Source of the DNA: a virus
Lineage: Duplodnaviria; Caudoviricetes
IMG/VR virus record: IMGVR_UViG_3300005805_000439
Coordinates: 1-25,503 of that record
Reading direction: 5' to 3' (one strand)
Length of the DNA stretch: 25,503 nt
Part shown: piece after piece, positions 16,125 to 24,447 of the stretch
Layout of the letters: each line of letters begins with the position of its first letter
How positions within the stretch are numbered: the stretch's first letter is position 1
The notes under the pieces: generated by a model
The model's input: the letters and a program-made list of their open reading frames with translations, nothing else
What the model was told of the DNA's origin: nothing
The model's database searches: none
Program-made: the position numbers and the translations under genes

Positions 16125-16460
16125 ATGGCATTCCAGAACATCACCCCAACCAAACTCGGCCAGGCGGCCATCGGCGTCGGCGTCACCACGCTGTACACGG
16201 TCCCGGCTGCAACTCGCACGCTGCTCAAAGAGTTCAGCATCGCCAACACCACTGGCGCGCCCATCAACGTGCGCGTGTTCTTGGTGCCTGCTGCTGGTGT
16301 CGCAGGAACTGCAAACGCATTCCTGTATGACGTTCCTGTGCCGAACGGAAACGCGCTGCAGTACAACGGTGTTCAGGTCATGAACGCAGGCGAAACCATC
16401 CAAGTCCAGGCGGCTGCTGTCGGCCTGACCATCACGGCCAGCGGTGCCGAAGCAATTTAA
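16125..16460 (+). CDS. Hypothetical beta-rich virion protein (111 aa), paralog A
   Basis: ORF in the structural operon; aligns by eye with the next gene. Confidence 0.78.
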   Translation: MAFQNITPTKLGQAAIGVGVTTLYTVPAATRTLLKEFSIANTTGAPINVRVFLVPAAGVAGTANAFLYDVPVPNGNALQYNGVQVMNAGETIQVQAAAVGLTITASGAEAI

Positions 16461-16469
16461 GGAGAAACC

Positions 16470-16805
16470 ATGAGCGTCCTCGTCAAAGCACTGATTCCGG
16501 CCAAGCAAGCCGAAAACACACAGACCACGCAGTACACGGCAGTGAACTGCAAGACCATCATCGACAAGTTCACGGCCACCAACACCAGCGCAGGCAACGT
16601 GACCATCAGCGTCAACCTGGTGACCAGCGGAGGCTCTGCTGGCGTCACCAACCTGGTGGTGGACACGCGCGCCATCGCACCTGATGAGACATACACTTTC
16701 CCCGAGTTGGTCGGCCAGGTTCTTGATCCGGGCGGCTTCATTTCCACCATCGCCAGCGCAACAACATCGCTGACCATTCGCGCCAGTGGCCGCGAGATCA
16801 CTTGA
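16470..16805 (+). CDS. Hypothetical beta-rich virion protein (111 aa), paralog B
   Basis: SD AAGGAG; aligns by eye with the previous gene. Confidence 0.8.
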   Translation: MSVLVKALIPAKQAENTQTTQYTAVNCKTIIDKFTATNTSAGNVTISVNLVTSGGSAGVTNLVVDTRAIAPDETYTFPELVGQVLDPGGFISTIASATTSLTIRASGREIT

Positions 16806-16816
16806 AGGAGAAAACC

Positions 16817-17215
16817 ATGGACATGCCCAAGATCATGATGGCTGGATTTACCGGCCTGCCAGAAGCCATGCCGTTCATCACGGCGGCCGAGAACAAGAAA
16901 AACACTCAGGTGGTGATCGAGGACTGGATGCTCGGCCCCGAGAACCCATCCAACGAGCCGGGCGCGAACAAGCCCTACTGGATGGGGCTGGCCAAAGCCA
17001 TGCAGGTCGATGAGAAAGAGGCGCGTCGTCGTCGCTGCTCTAACTGCGAGTATTACGACAACAGCACCATGATGCAGGCCAAGATGGAGCGCATCCCACA
17101 GAACGATTGGGACGATGGTGCTGGCTACCGTGGCTACTGCCACAAGTTCGAGTTCATCTGCCACGACATGCGCTCCTGCCAAGCCTGGGAAGAGCGCGAG
17201 TTCGAGCAAGATTGA
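16817..17215 (+). CDS. Cys-rich putative metal/Fe-S-binding protein (132 aa)
   Basis: SD AAGGAG then ATG 16817; C-x2-C-x30-C-x6-C-x5-C-x2-W. Confidence 0.8.
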   Translation: MDMPKIMMAGFTGLPEAMPFITAAENKKNTQVVIEDWMLGPENPSNEPGANKPYWMGLAKAMQVDEKEARRRRCSNCEYYDNSTMMQAKMERIPQNDWDDGAGYRGYCHKFEFICHDMRSCQAWEEREFEQD

Positions 17216-17239
17216 CAGGCCATTCAAATGTGGGAAAAT
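17212..17239 (+). promoter_or_regulatory. Possible internal promoter
   Basis: TTGACA (17212-17217), 16 bp spacer, TGn-GAAAAT (17234-17239) in an ~80-bp intergenic gap. Confidence 0.4.
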
Positions 17240-17296
17240 ACCATCACTGAGCCGTTCGAGCAGCCAGTAGCTCACAGCCCCCAGCAGGAGGATTCG

Positions 17297-17761
17297 ATGA
17301 GCGATGTCGCGGTTCAGGAAGTTGCGGAACAGGCCGGTGTGCCTGCCGAGCACTTGCCGATCTACCGCCTGGAGGCTGAACTGCTCAAGTTGCCCCAGGT
17401 CGACATGCCCGTCGAGCACGCCTTCTGCAATGGCCTCTACGCTCGGACCATGCACATCCCGGCTGGCACCGTGCTGACTGGCGCAGTGCATAAAGACGAG
17501 TCCTTCTTTGTGGTCCGCAAAGGCCACCTGATCGTCACCACTGACGATGGATCGGCCCAGGTCGGTCCAGGCTTCATGAGCGTCACCCAGGCCAACACGA
17601 AGCGCGCTGGCGTGGCGCTGACAGACGTTGAGGTCACCACCTTCCACGCCAACCCGACGAACGAGACAGATCCGCAGGCCATCTGGGACATGTACACCGT
17701 CCCGGCACCTGCCCCTGTGCTTGAAGCCGTCCAACATCCGCACCTGGAGGGCACAAAATGA
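17297..17761 (+). CDS. Cupin-fold protein (154 aa) in the P22 gp14 position
   Basis: SD AGGAGG then ATG 17297; HAFCNGLYARTMHIPAGTVLTGAVHK...VVRKGHLIV...TTFH is a cupin barrel pattern. Confidence 0.78.
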   Translation: MSDVAVQEVAEQAGVPAEHLPIYRLEAELLKLPQVDMPVEHAFCNGLYARTMHIPAGTVLTGAVHKDESFFVVRKGHLIVTTDDGSAQVGPGFMSVTQANTKRAGVALTDVEVTTFHANPTNETDPQAIWDMYTVPAPAPVLEAVQHPHLEGTK

Positions 17762-18480
17762 GTTTTGGACTATCTGGAGCAGCGCTGGCAGGTATTGCCG
17801 TTGGCGGCGCAACGCTCATTTCTGGCATGGCACAAGCCGACGCTGCAGGCGATGCGGCAGCGGCACAAACCCAAGCATCCGAAGCTGGCATCGCAGAACA
17901 GCGTCGCCAGTTCAACAAGGTTCAGGAACTGCTCAAGCCTTACGTCGAAGCCGGTACTGGCGCGATTGAAGGGCTACAGCCGTTTGCACAGGCTGGCGTG
18001 CCCGCCATGCAGGCCCAGCAGGCGCTGCTCGGCTTGGCTGGCCCAGAGGCACAGCGCAAGGCAATTGCTGACCTGGCTGCTGGACCGCAAATGCAGGCGC
18101 TGGTCCAACAAGGCGAGAACGCGCTTCTGCAGCAGGCATCGGCCACAGGTGGATTGCGCGGCGGCAACATCCAGGCGGCTCTGGCACAGTTCCGGCCGCA
18201 GGTACTGTCCGAGTTGATCGGCCAGCAGTACAGCCGTCTTGGCGGCCTGACTGCGCTTGGCCAAGAAACCACTTCGAACCTGGCGCGTCTTGGCCAGGCA
18301 TCTGCTGCCGGTACTGGTGCTGCGGCTCAGGAAAGTGGCGCAAACATCGCAAGCCTGCTGGCACAGCAAGGCGCTGCACAGGCTGGCGCGCAGATGGCGC
18401 AGGGCAAAGCCTTTGCGGCCATCCCTTCTGCCATCTCTGGCGGCCTGGGCATTTTCTCTGGCCTGGGAGGTAAATTCTGA
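17758..18480 (+). CDS. DNA ejection (transfer) protein, P22 gp7-like
   Basis: 240 aa, Ala/Gly/Gln-rich, hydrophobic termini, ASATGGLRGGN motif; first of three coupled genes. Confidence 0.85.
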   Translation: MSFGLSGAALAGIAVGGATLISGMAQADAAGDAAAAQTQASEAGIAEQRRQFNKVQELLKPYVEAGTGAIEGLQPFAQAGVPAMQAQQALLGLAGPEAQRKAIADLAAGPQMQALVQQGENALLQQASATGGLRGGNIQAALAQFRPQVLSELIGQQYSRLGGLTALGQETTSNLARLGQASAAGTGAAAQESGANIASLLAQQGAAQAGAQMAQGKAFAAIPSAISGGLGIFSGLGGKF

Positions 18481-19838
18481 TGGCTCTCCAACTACCATCC
18501 GGCCCCATCAACTACGGCGTCGATCTTCCCGATCCTTCGCAGGCTTTCTTGTCTGCTTTCAAGACTGGCACGGCCATCACTGAAACTCGCATGGCGCAGG
18601 AAGAAGCGCAGCGCAAGGCAGAGCAGCAGCAACTGATCTCGCAAGCCTTCCAGCGCCTGCGCCAGCCCGGCGCAACGGCCAAGGACTATGCTGACCTGGC
18701 CATGATGCTGCCGGAGACGCAGGCCAAGGCCGTGCGCGAGAGTTTTGGCATGATCAGCGCTGACCAGCAGCAGAACGCACTGAACCAAGCTGGCCAAGTG
18801 TTCTCTGCATTCAAGTCCGGCAAGCCGGAAATTGCCATCGGCCTGCTGGACCGCCAGATCGAGGCCAAGCGCAACAGCGGAGACGAGTCCGGTGCCAAGT
18901 TTCTGGAGACCTGGCGCGATGTTGCCAAGGAGAACCCGAAGGCCACCGAGGACTACTTCGGCTTCACCATCTCGCAAATGCCTGGCGGCGACAAGATCAT
19001 CAGCGGTGCTTTGAGCATCGAAGAAGACCGTCGTAAGGCCCAACTGCAGCCGTTCAAACTGCGCCAGGAAACTGCTGACGCCATCGTCAAGGAAGCCCAG
19101 GCCAAGTTCGCTCCGGACAAGTTCGGCTTGGAAATTGACCTCACCAAGTCCCAGATTGAGCAGGCCAAGGCGGCTCGGCGCGCCCAGGATGCTGCGGCTG
19201 CCAAGTCTGGTGCAGAAGCTGCGCGTGCCAAGGCCGAGGCCGACCAGATGGCCGCTGGCATCATCCCGGTAGAGAAGCGTCCCGAGGCCGAGGGCAAGTT
19301 CCGCAAGGAGTACAGCGACCAGACCAAAGGCTACCAGGAAGTCAAGTCGGCCTACGGCCGCGTGCTGGCATCCGAGGACAGCGCTGTTGGCGACCTGTCG
19401 CTGATCTTCGGCTACATGAAGATGCTGGACCCCGGCTCTGTCGTGCGCGAGGGCGAGTTCGCCACGGCGCAAAACGCGGCCGGTGTGCCAGAGCGCATCC
19501 AGAACATCTACAACCAAGTGGTCAGCGGACAGCGCCTATCGCCTTCGCAGCGCACCTCGTTCAAAGGCCAGGCAGGCAAGCTGTATTCCACAGCCCAGAC
19601 CCAAGAGGCTACCGTGCGCCAGGGTATTGAGCGCATCGCCAAAGGCTACGGCTTGAACACTGGAAACATCTTTTACGAGGCCACCGAGTCACCACCTCCT
19701 GGTGCTGGTGCTGCACCTCCGGCAGCCGGTGGCGGCCGTGGCGCGCCTGTGTCGGTGACGGCCCCCAACGGACAGGTGCTGACCTTCCCGTCGCAGCAGG
19801 CGGCTGACGCCTTCAAGAAAGCAGCAGGAATCCGCTGA
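18480..19838 (+). CDS. DNA ejection protein, P22 gp20 position
   Basis: 452 aa, helical, KMLDPGSVVREGE motif; TGATG-coupled; synteny. Confidence 0.72.
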   Translation: MALQLPSGPINYGVDLPDPSQAFLSAFKTGTAITETRMAQEEAQRKAEQQQLISQAFQRLRQPGATAKDYADLAMMLPETQAKAVRESFGMISADQQQNALNQAGQVFSAFKSGKPEIAIGLLDRQIEAKRNSGDESGAKFLETWRDVAKENPKATEDYFGFTISQMPGGDKIISGALSIEEDRRKAQLQPFKLRQETADAIVKEAQAKFAPDKFGLEIDLTKSQIEQAKAARRAQDAAAAKSGAEAARAKAEADQMAAGIIPVEKRPEAEGKFRKEYSDQTKGYQEVKSAYGRVLASEDSAVGDLSLIFGYMKMLDPGSVVREGEFATAQNAAGVPERIQNIYNQVVSGQRLSPSQRTSFKGQAGKLYSTAQTQEATVRQGIERIAKGYGLNTGNIFYEATESPPPGAGAAPPAAGGGRGAPVSVTAPNGQVLTFPSQQAADAFKKAAGIR

Positions 19839-22342
19839 TGGCAACCGACTACGAAGCACTCGCACGACAGTACGGCGGCACGGTAGCAGGTCCGGCTCCA
19901 GCCCCTGCGCCTGCTCCGGCAGCAGCACCGGCTGCGCGTCCGGCACCTGCTGCTGCACCTGCAGTGGCTGCACCTGTTGCTGCCCCGGCCGCAGCGCCTG
20001 TCGACTACGCGGCCATGGCCACGCAGTTTGGCGGCCAGGCTGCACCAGCAGAACCTCCCAAAATGGGGTTTTTCGAGTCCTTGGGCGAGATGGTCACCGG
20101 GTCGCGGCGCGCAACCACTGAGACCCAGACGCTGCCGGAGTGGACTTCGATGCCGGAACTCAACCAGATGAGCGTGGCATCCTTCAAGACGGCGCTTGGC
20201 ACGCTGCTTTCTAACCCGCAGGAAACGGTCCAAATTCTGCAGGCCAACTTCCCAGGCGCACAGGTTCGACAAGACGCCAAGGGAAACTTCATCATCCGGT
20301 CCTCTGTTGACCAGCGCGAGTACGCCATCCCGCCTGGCTTGTCGGTGGGCGACATTCCCCGCGTCGTAGGAGGCCTGCTGGCGTTCACTCCGGCCGGGCG
20401 TGCCACGACCATCCCTGGTGCCGTGGCCGCTGGCGCTGGCACACAGGCCGTGATCGAGGCCACTCAGGCAGGCACTGGCGGCCGATTTGACACTGGCGAG
20501 GTGGTCACGGCTGGCGTGACAGGTGGGGCTGGCCAAGTGGTGCAGCGCGGCATCCAGGCGGCAGCCCCTGCTGTCCGGCGCACTGTGCAGCGCGCCACTG
20601 GCCGTGGCCCTGCGCCAGCAGCACCTGCTGCTGCCCCAGCGGCGCGTCCTGCGGCCCCTGGTGCGCGAATTGAGCCGACGCTTGAGCCGATGCCTGCCCA
20701 GCCTGCTGCGGCGGCTCCTGCGGCCGTCCAGGCTGTCCCGGAACAGCCCATCGTCCAGGCAGCCGTGCAAGCCGTGCCCGAGCAGCCTGCTGTCCAAGCC
20801 ACCACTGAAGCCTTCGAGGAAGTTGGCGATCTGGTGCGCAAGGCATCCGGCAAAGGCCCAGGCTCTGCCGCTGCCCAGGCACGGCTGGCCGATCTGGCCC
20901 AGGTAAACCCGGAGGCGCGTGCTGCGGCCGAGCGCCTGGGCATGGACTTGCCGTTCGACGTCTTCAGCGACAACCCGCAGGTCCGGGCGGCCGTGGGTTT
21001 GACCCGGTCTGTGGCTGGTGGCGAGGCCGAGGCGGCCTGGGTCAACACCGTGCGCAACGCCATCACCAAGGCCGACGATGTGGTGCAGCAGTTTGACGCG
21101 GCCTTCATCGAAGGCCGTCCGGCCCCTGGCGCGACATCGCAGCGCATCCTGGACAGCCTCAAGGGCACGCAGGCTCAACTGGCCAAAGACGCCAGCACGA
21201 TCTACCAGCGCGTCGATGAGGCCATCCCGAAGACGTCCACCGTGCAGTTTCCCAGGCTGACCCAGACGCTTGACGATGTGCTGGCTGAGGTTGGTGAGAA
21301 GGGTCTGACGGCACAGGAGCGCAAACTGTACGAGTTGGCCACCGACCCGACCGCAACCTATGGCCGTCTGCTGCGCGAAAAGAACCTGATCGGCCAGGCG
21401 GTGGCTGGCAAGGAGTCGCCCTACGGCAACATGGACGCGGCCTCGCTCAAACGCCTGTACGCGGCATTGGCTGACGACCAACTGACAAACGTTGGGGACC
21501 TTGGCGGCGATGCGCTGCGCCAGGAACTGCGCGCAGCCAATCTGTTGACGGCCAAGAAGAAAGCGCTGGAGAACCGCATCGTCGGTGCATTCGGCAAAGA
21601 GATCGATGGCAGCGTAGCCACCCTTATGCAGTCGGCAATCAAGTCGGCGGCCAAGGGCGATGCAGCGCAGTTCAACAAGCTGATGAAGGTTGTCCCGCCT
21701 GAGTTGCGAAAGGAGACCATTGCCACGGCGCTGGCCTCTGTCTCAAGCTCTGGCCGGGCAGCCCAAGAAGGTGCGTTTGGCTTTGCCGAGTTCGCCAAGA
21801 CCTACCGTGGCCTGCGCGCCAACCCTCCGGTCTACAAGCAGGTGGTGGAGACGCTGGGCAAGGACTCCGACGCTGTGCTGCGCGACCTGTACGAAATCTC
21901 GCGCAGGATCACCGACGCACGCGCCCAGGTGCTCACCACCGGCAAGGCCAACCAGGCTCTGGTGGAGTCGCTCAAGGCCGAAGGGCTGCTGGGCAAGGTC
22001 ATGCAAAGCACCACGGCCCAGCGCGTTGTCACTGGCGCAGCCAGCGCTGTGCCTGGCGGTGGCTTCGTGGCTCCCGACATCATCAACTTCATGGCCAAGG
22101 GCAATGCCGATGCCGTCAAGGCGGCTGGCAAGCTCTTTGCCAGCGACGAGTTCCAGAAGCTGGCTGTCGAAGCAGCCACCAAGGCAGAGCCGAGCACGGC
22201 AACGCTTCGACGCACTGCCATGAGCAAGGCATTTGGGGATTTCGCCAACGCAGCAAGACTGCCACAATCTCTGGACGCGCGCGTGCAGTGGTTGCAATCC
22301 GCTGTCCAGACAGGACGCCAATTTGAACAGGAGAACCAGTAA
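19838..22342 (+). CDS. DNA ejection protein, P22 gp16 position
   Basis: 834 aa, Ala-rich and helical with Pro/Ala linkers; last gene before the tailspike. Confidence 0.75.
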   Translation: MATDYEALARQYGGTVAGPAPAPAPAPAAAPAARPAPAAAPAVAAPVAAPAAAPVDYAAMATQFGGQAAPAEPPKMGFFESLGEMVTGSRRATTETQTLPEWTSMPELNQMSVASFKTALGTLLSNPQETVQILQANFPGAQVRQDAKGNFIIRSSVDQREYAIPPGLSVGDIPRVVGGLLAFTPAGRATTIPGAVAAGAGTQAVIEATQAGTGGRFDTGEVVTAGVTGGAGQVVQRGIQAAAPAVRRTVQRATGRGPAPAAPAAAPAARPAAPGARIEPTLEPMPAQPAAAAPAAVQAVPEQPIVQAAVQAVPEQPAVQATTEAFEEVGDLVRKASGKGPGSAAAQARLADLAQVNPEARAAAERLGMDLPFDVFSDNPQVRAAVGLTRSVAGGEAEAAWVNTVRNAITKADDVVQQFDAAFIEGRPAPGATSQRILDSLKGTQAQLAKDASTIYQRVDEAIPKTSTVQFPRLTQTLDDVLAEVGEKGLTAQERKLYELATDPTATYGRLLREKNLIGQAVAGKESPYGNMDAASLKRLYAALADDQLTNVGDLGGDALRQELRAANLLTAKKKALENRIVGAFGKEIDGSVATLMQSAIKSAAKGDAAQFNKLMKVVPPELRKETIATALASVSSSGRAAQEGAFGFAEFAKTYRGLRANPPVYKQVVETLGKDSDAVLRDLYEISRRITDARAQVLTTGKANQALVESLKAEGLLGKVMQSTTAQRVVTGAASAVPGGGFVAPDIINFMAKGNADAVKAAGKLFASDEFQKLAVEAATKAEPSTATLRRTAMSKAFGDFANAARLPQSLDARVQWLQSAVQTGRQFEQENQ
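20723..20800 (+). repeat. In-frame 39-bp degenerate tandem duplication (AVQAVPEQPxVQA x2)
   Basis: Units 20723-20761 and 20762-20800 differ mostly at synonymous positions. Confidence 0.8.
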
Positions 22343-24435
22343 TGTCCGCACTCAGCATTCAACCAACCTATCCGATCTTCACGGACATTGATGGCCAGCC
22401 TCTTGAGGATGGCTACGTCTGGATCGGACAATCAAATCTTGACCCACAGGTCAACCCGATCAATGTGTATTGGGATACTGCACTGACGCAGCCTGCTGGG
22501 CAGCCGATTCGCACGCTGGCTGGCTACCCTTCCAACAACGGAACGCCTGCGCGCCTGTACGTCAACAGCGACTACAGCATCCGCGTGATGAACAAGAACG
22601 GCAGCACTGTCTACAGCGCGCCACAGGCCACCGAGCGTTACAGCGATGTTGTCTTTGCCGGTCTTGACGCTTCGCAGATCACCTACCAGCAGGCAGGACC
22701 TGGCTCCGTTCAGACAAACGTCCAGACTGCGCTGCGTCGATGGGTTTTTGTGGATGACTTTGGCGCAGACAACACTGGCGTCACGGACAGCACGACTCAA
22801 ATTCAAGCAGCCGTGGATTACGCTCAGTCTTTGGTGACTGCTGCTGTCGATAGTATTGGTGATCCAGTCAATGGCTGCGATGTGATCTTCCGTGGTGTGT
22901 ACCAGATCACCGAGCCGATTCGTGTTGCTCAGAGCAACGTCTGTCTGGTTGGTCAGGGTGGTGCGACCATCTACCCTTACTTCACCAGCAGCGTCGGATA
23001 CAACGGTGCAAAACCGGCTTTCATCATCGGGTCGGCAGAACTCTGGCAGAACTCTGGCTCGATTGGTGACGCCTACAAGTACAACCAAGTGGACGGCATC
23101 CACATCAAGCGTGTCGCTGGTTATCTTGGCTTCATCGGGTTCTTGTTCTCTGGAACCCGCAACGCAACTCTGCGCAACTGCCTTGTCGAGCGCGCTTTCT
23201 GTGGCTTGTACCTTGAGAACTCGTCTGAGTTTTACAGCGATCAACTGAGTGTGATCGGCTCCACTTACGGCATAGTCATGGACAACCGTGGCAACAGAGC
23301 ATCTTCCAATAGCGTGCTGAATGTTGCTTGCACCGACAACGACGTCAGCAGCAACAAGATCGACATGGCGACGGTGTACTACGCCCAGCACACTGGAGTG
23401 CTCGCGATCAACACTGGATCGACCGACTTAAACGGCATGACCATTGGCGTCTTCAGCGACAACCCAAGTGGCGGCTCTCCTGGTCTTGGCTTTCCATCGA
23501 CGTATGCAGGCTTCCACATTTGGGGCGCAAACGTGAAATGGACTCGTGCCATGCTGCTGGACAACATTGTTTTTGAGGCGATTCCTGACGAAGTCCACAA
23601 CTGCATTCGGATTGAATCAGATACGCAAGACAACCCGGTGCAGGGCGTGACGATGAACAACATTCATGTCCAGACCTATGCTGCAGACCCTGTCAATGGA
23701 GTTCTGACGACATTGCTTCGTGTTGTGCAAACAGGTGGAGGCGATGTTCACAATGTTTTGTTGAGCAATTCAGGATTCACTTATCAGTCTGCTGGTCGAT
23801 ACACAGGGACAATGTGTGACGTAATTGGGTTCGCTGGCGTCAGGTTCGAGAACTGCTACCCAGCATCTGCATTTGTTCTTTCCAACCTTGGCTACTACGG
23901 CAACTTCGACCCGATTGAGGTCATTGAACACACAGACATTGACGCATTCCCACCGACAAGTTGGACTGCAGTTGGTGTCACCACAGGCTGCAGCAGACAG
24001 GGCGGCTCTCTTGGTGTGGTCCCGTACCTTCAGTTCGAAGGTGACGCCGGAGCTATGTACGTCGAAAAGTCTTTTGATTTTCTGAAGTACAAGCCACAAA
24101 TCAAATCGGTGTTCATTTCGTTCCTGGCAGAAGGAAACGCAGACCTTTGGTGTGTGGCGCGTGTGAATGGCGCACCAGACACGGACAGCAACATCATCAG
24201 CGGTACAAACCAAGAAAGGTACGGACAGGCCATAGTTCCGAATGGGGTCAACATCAACGGCTACCGTCGCCTGGTGTTCTGCTTCAACCCGTTCACGGCA
24301 AACTACCCGTTCCAAAGTGTCCGATTCCAGATCGGCCGTGGCGCAAACGTCGACCCAAACACGCTGGTGCGCATCCAAGACATTCGTGTCGGATACTTCG
24401 TTGGCGATCCAGTGCCTTACAACCCGTTCTCTTGA
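22342..24435 (+). CDS. Tailspike: P22-type head-binding domain plus beta-helix (pectate-lyase-like) depolymerase
   Basis: N-terminal FTDIDGQPLEDGYVWIG..NLDP..NPINVYWD; beta-helix cap VDDFGADNTGVTDSTTQIQAAVD; Asn/Ile/Val-rich rungs. Confidence 0.88.
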   Translation: MSALSIQPTYPIFTDIDGQPLEDGYVWIGQSNLDPQVNPINVYWDTALTQPAGQPIRTLAGYPSNNGTPARLYVNSDYSIRVMNKNGSTVYSAPQATERYSDVVFAGLDASQITYQQAGPGSVQTNVQTALRRWVFVDDFGADNTGVTDSTTQIQAAVDYAQSLVTAAVDSIGDPVNGCDVIFRGVYQITEPIRVAQSNVCLVGQGGATIYPYFTSSVGYNGAKPAFIIGSAELWQNSGSIGDAYKYNQVDGIHIKRVAGYLGFIGFLFSGTRNATLRNCLVERAFCGLYLENSSEFYSDQLSVIGSTYGIVMDNRGNRASSNSVLNVACTDNDVSSNKIDMATVYYAQHTGVLAINTGSTDLNGMTIGVFSDNPSGGSPGLGFPSTYAGFHIWGANVKWTRAMLLDNIVFEAIPDEVHNCIRIESDTQDNPVQGVTMNNIHVQTYAADPVNGVLTTLLRVVQTGGGDVHNVLLSNSGFTYQSAGRYTGTMCDVIGFAGVRFENCYPASAFVLSNLGYYGNFDPIEVIEHTDIDAFPPTSWTAVGVTTGCSRQGGSLGVVPYLQFEGDAGAMYVEKSFDFLKYKPQIKSVFISFLAEGNADLWCVARVNGAPDTDSNIISGTNQERYGQAIVPNGVNINGYRRLVFCFNPFTANYPFQSVRFQIGRGANVDPNTLVRIQDIRVGYFVGDPVPYNPFS

Positions 24436-24447
24436 TTGGAGTGAGCA

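Noticed and set aside
17240-17296. tRNA-like or ribozyme element suggested by GTTCGAG
   Set aside because: No cloverleaf or known ribozyme core could be built; only a short inverted repeat is supportable
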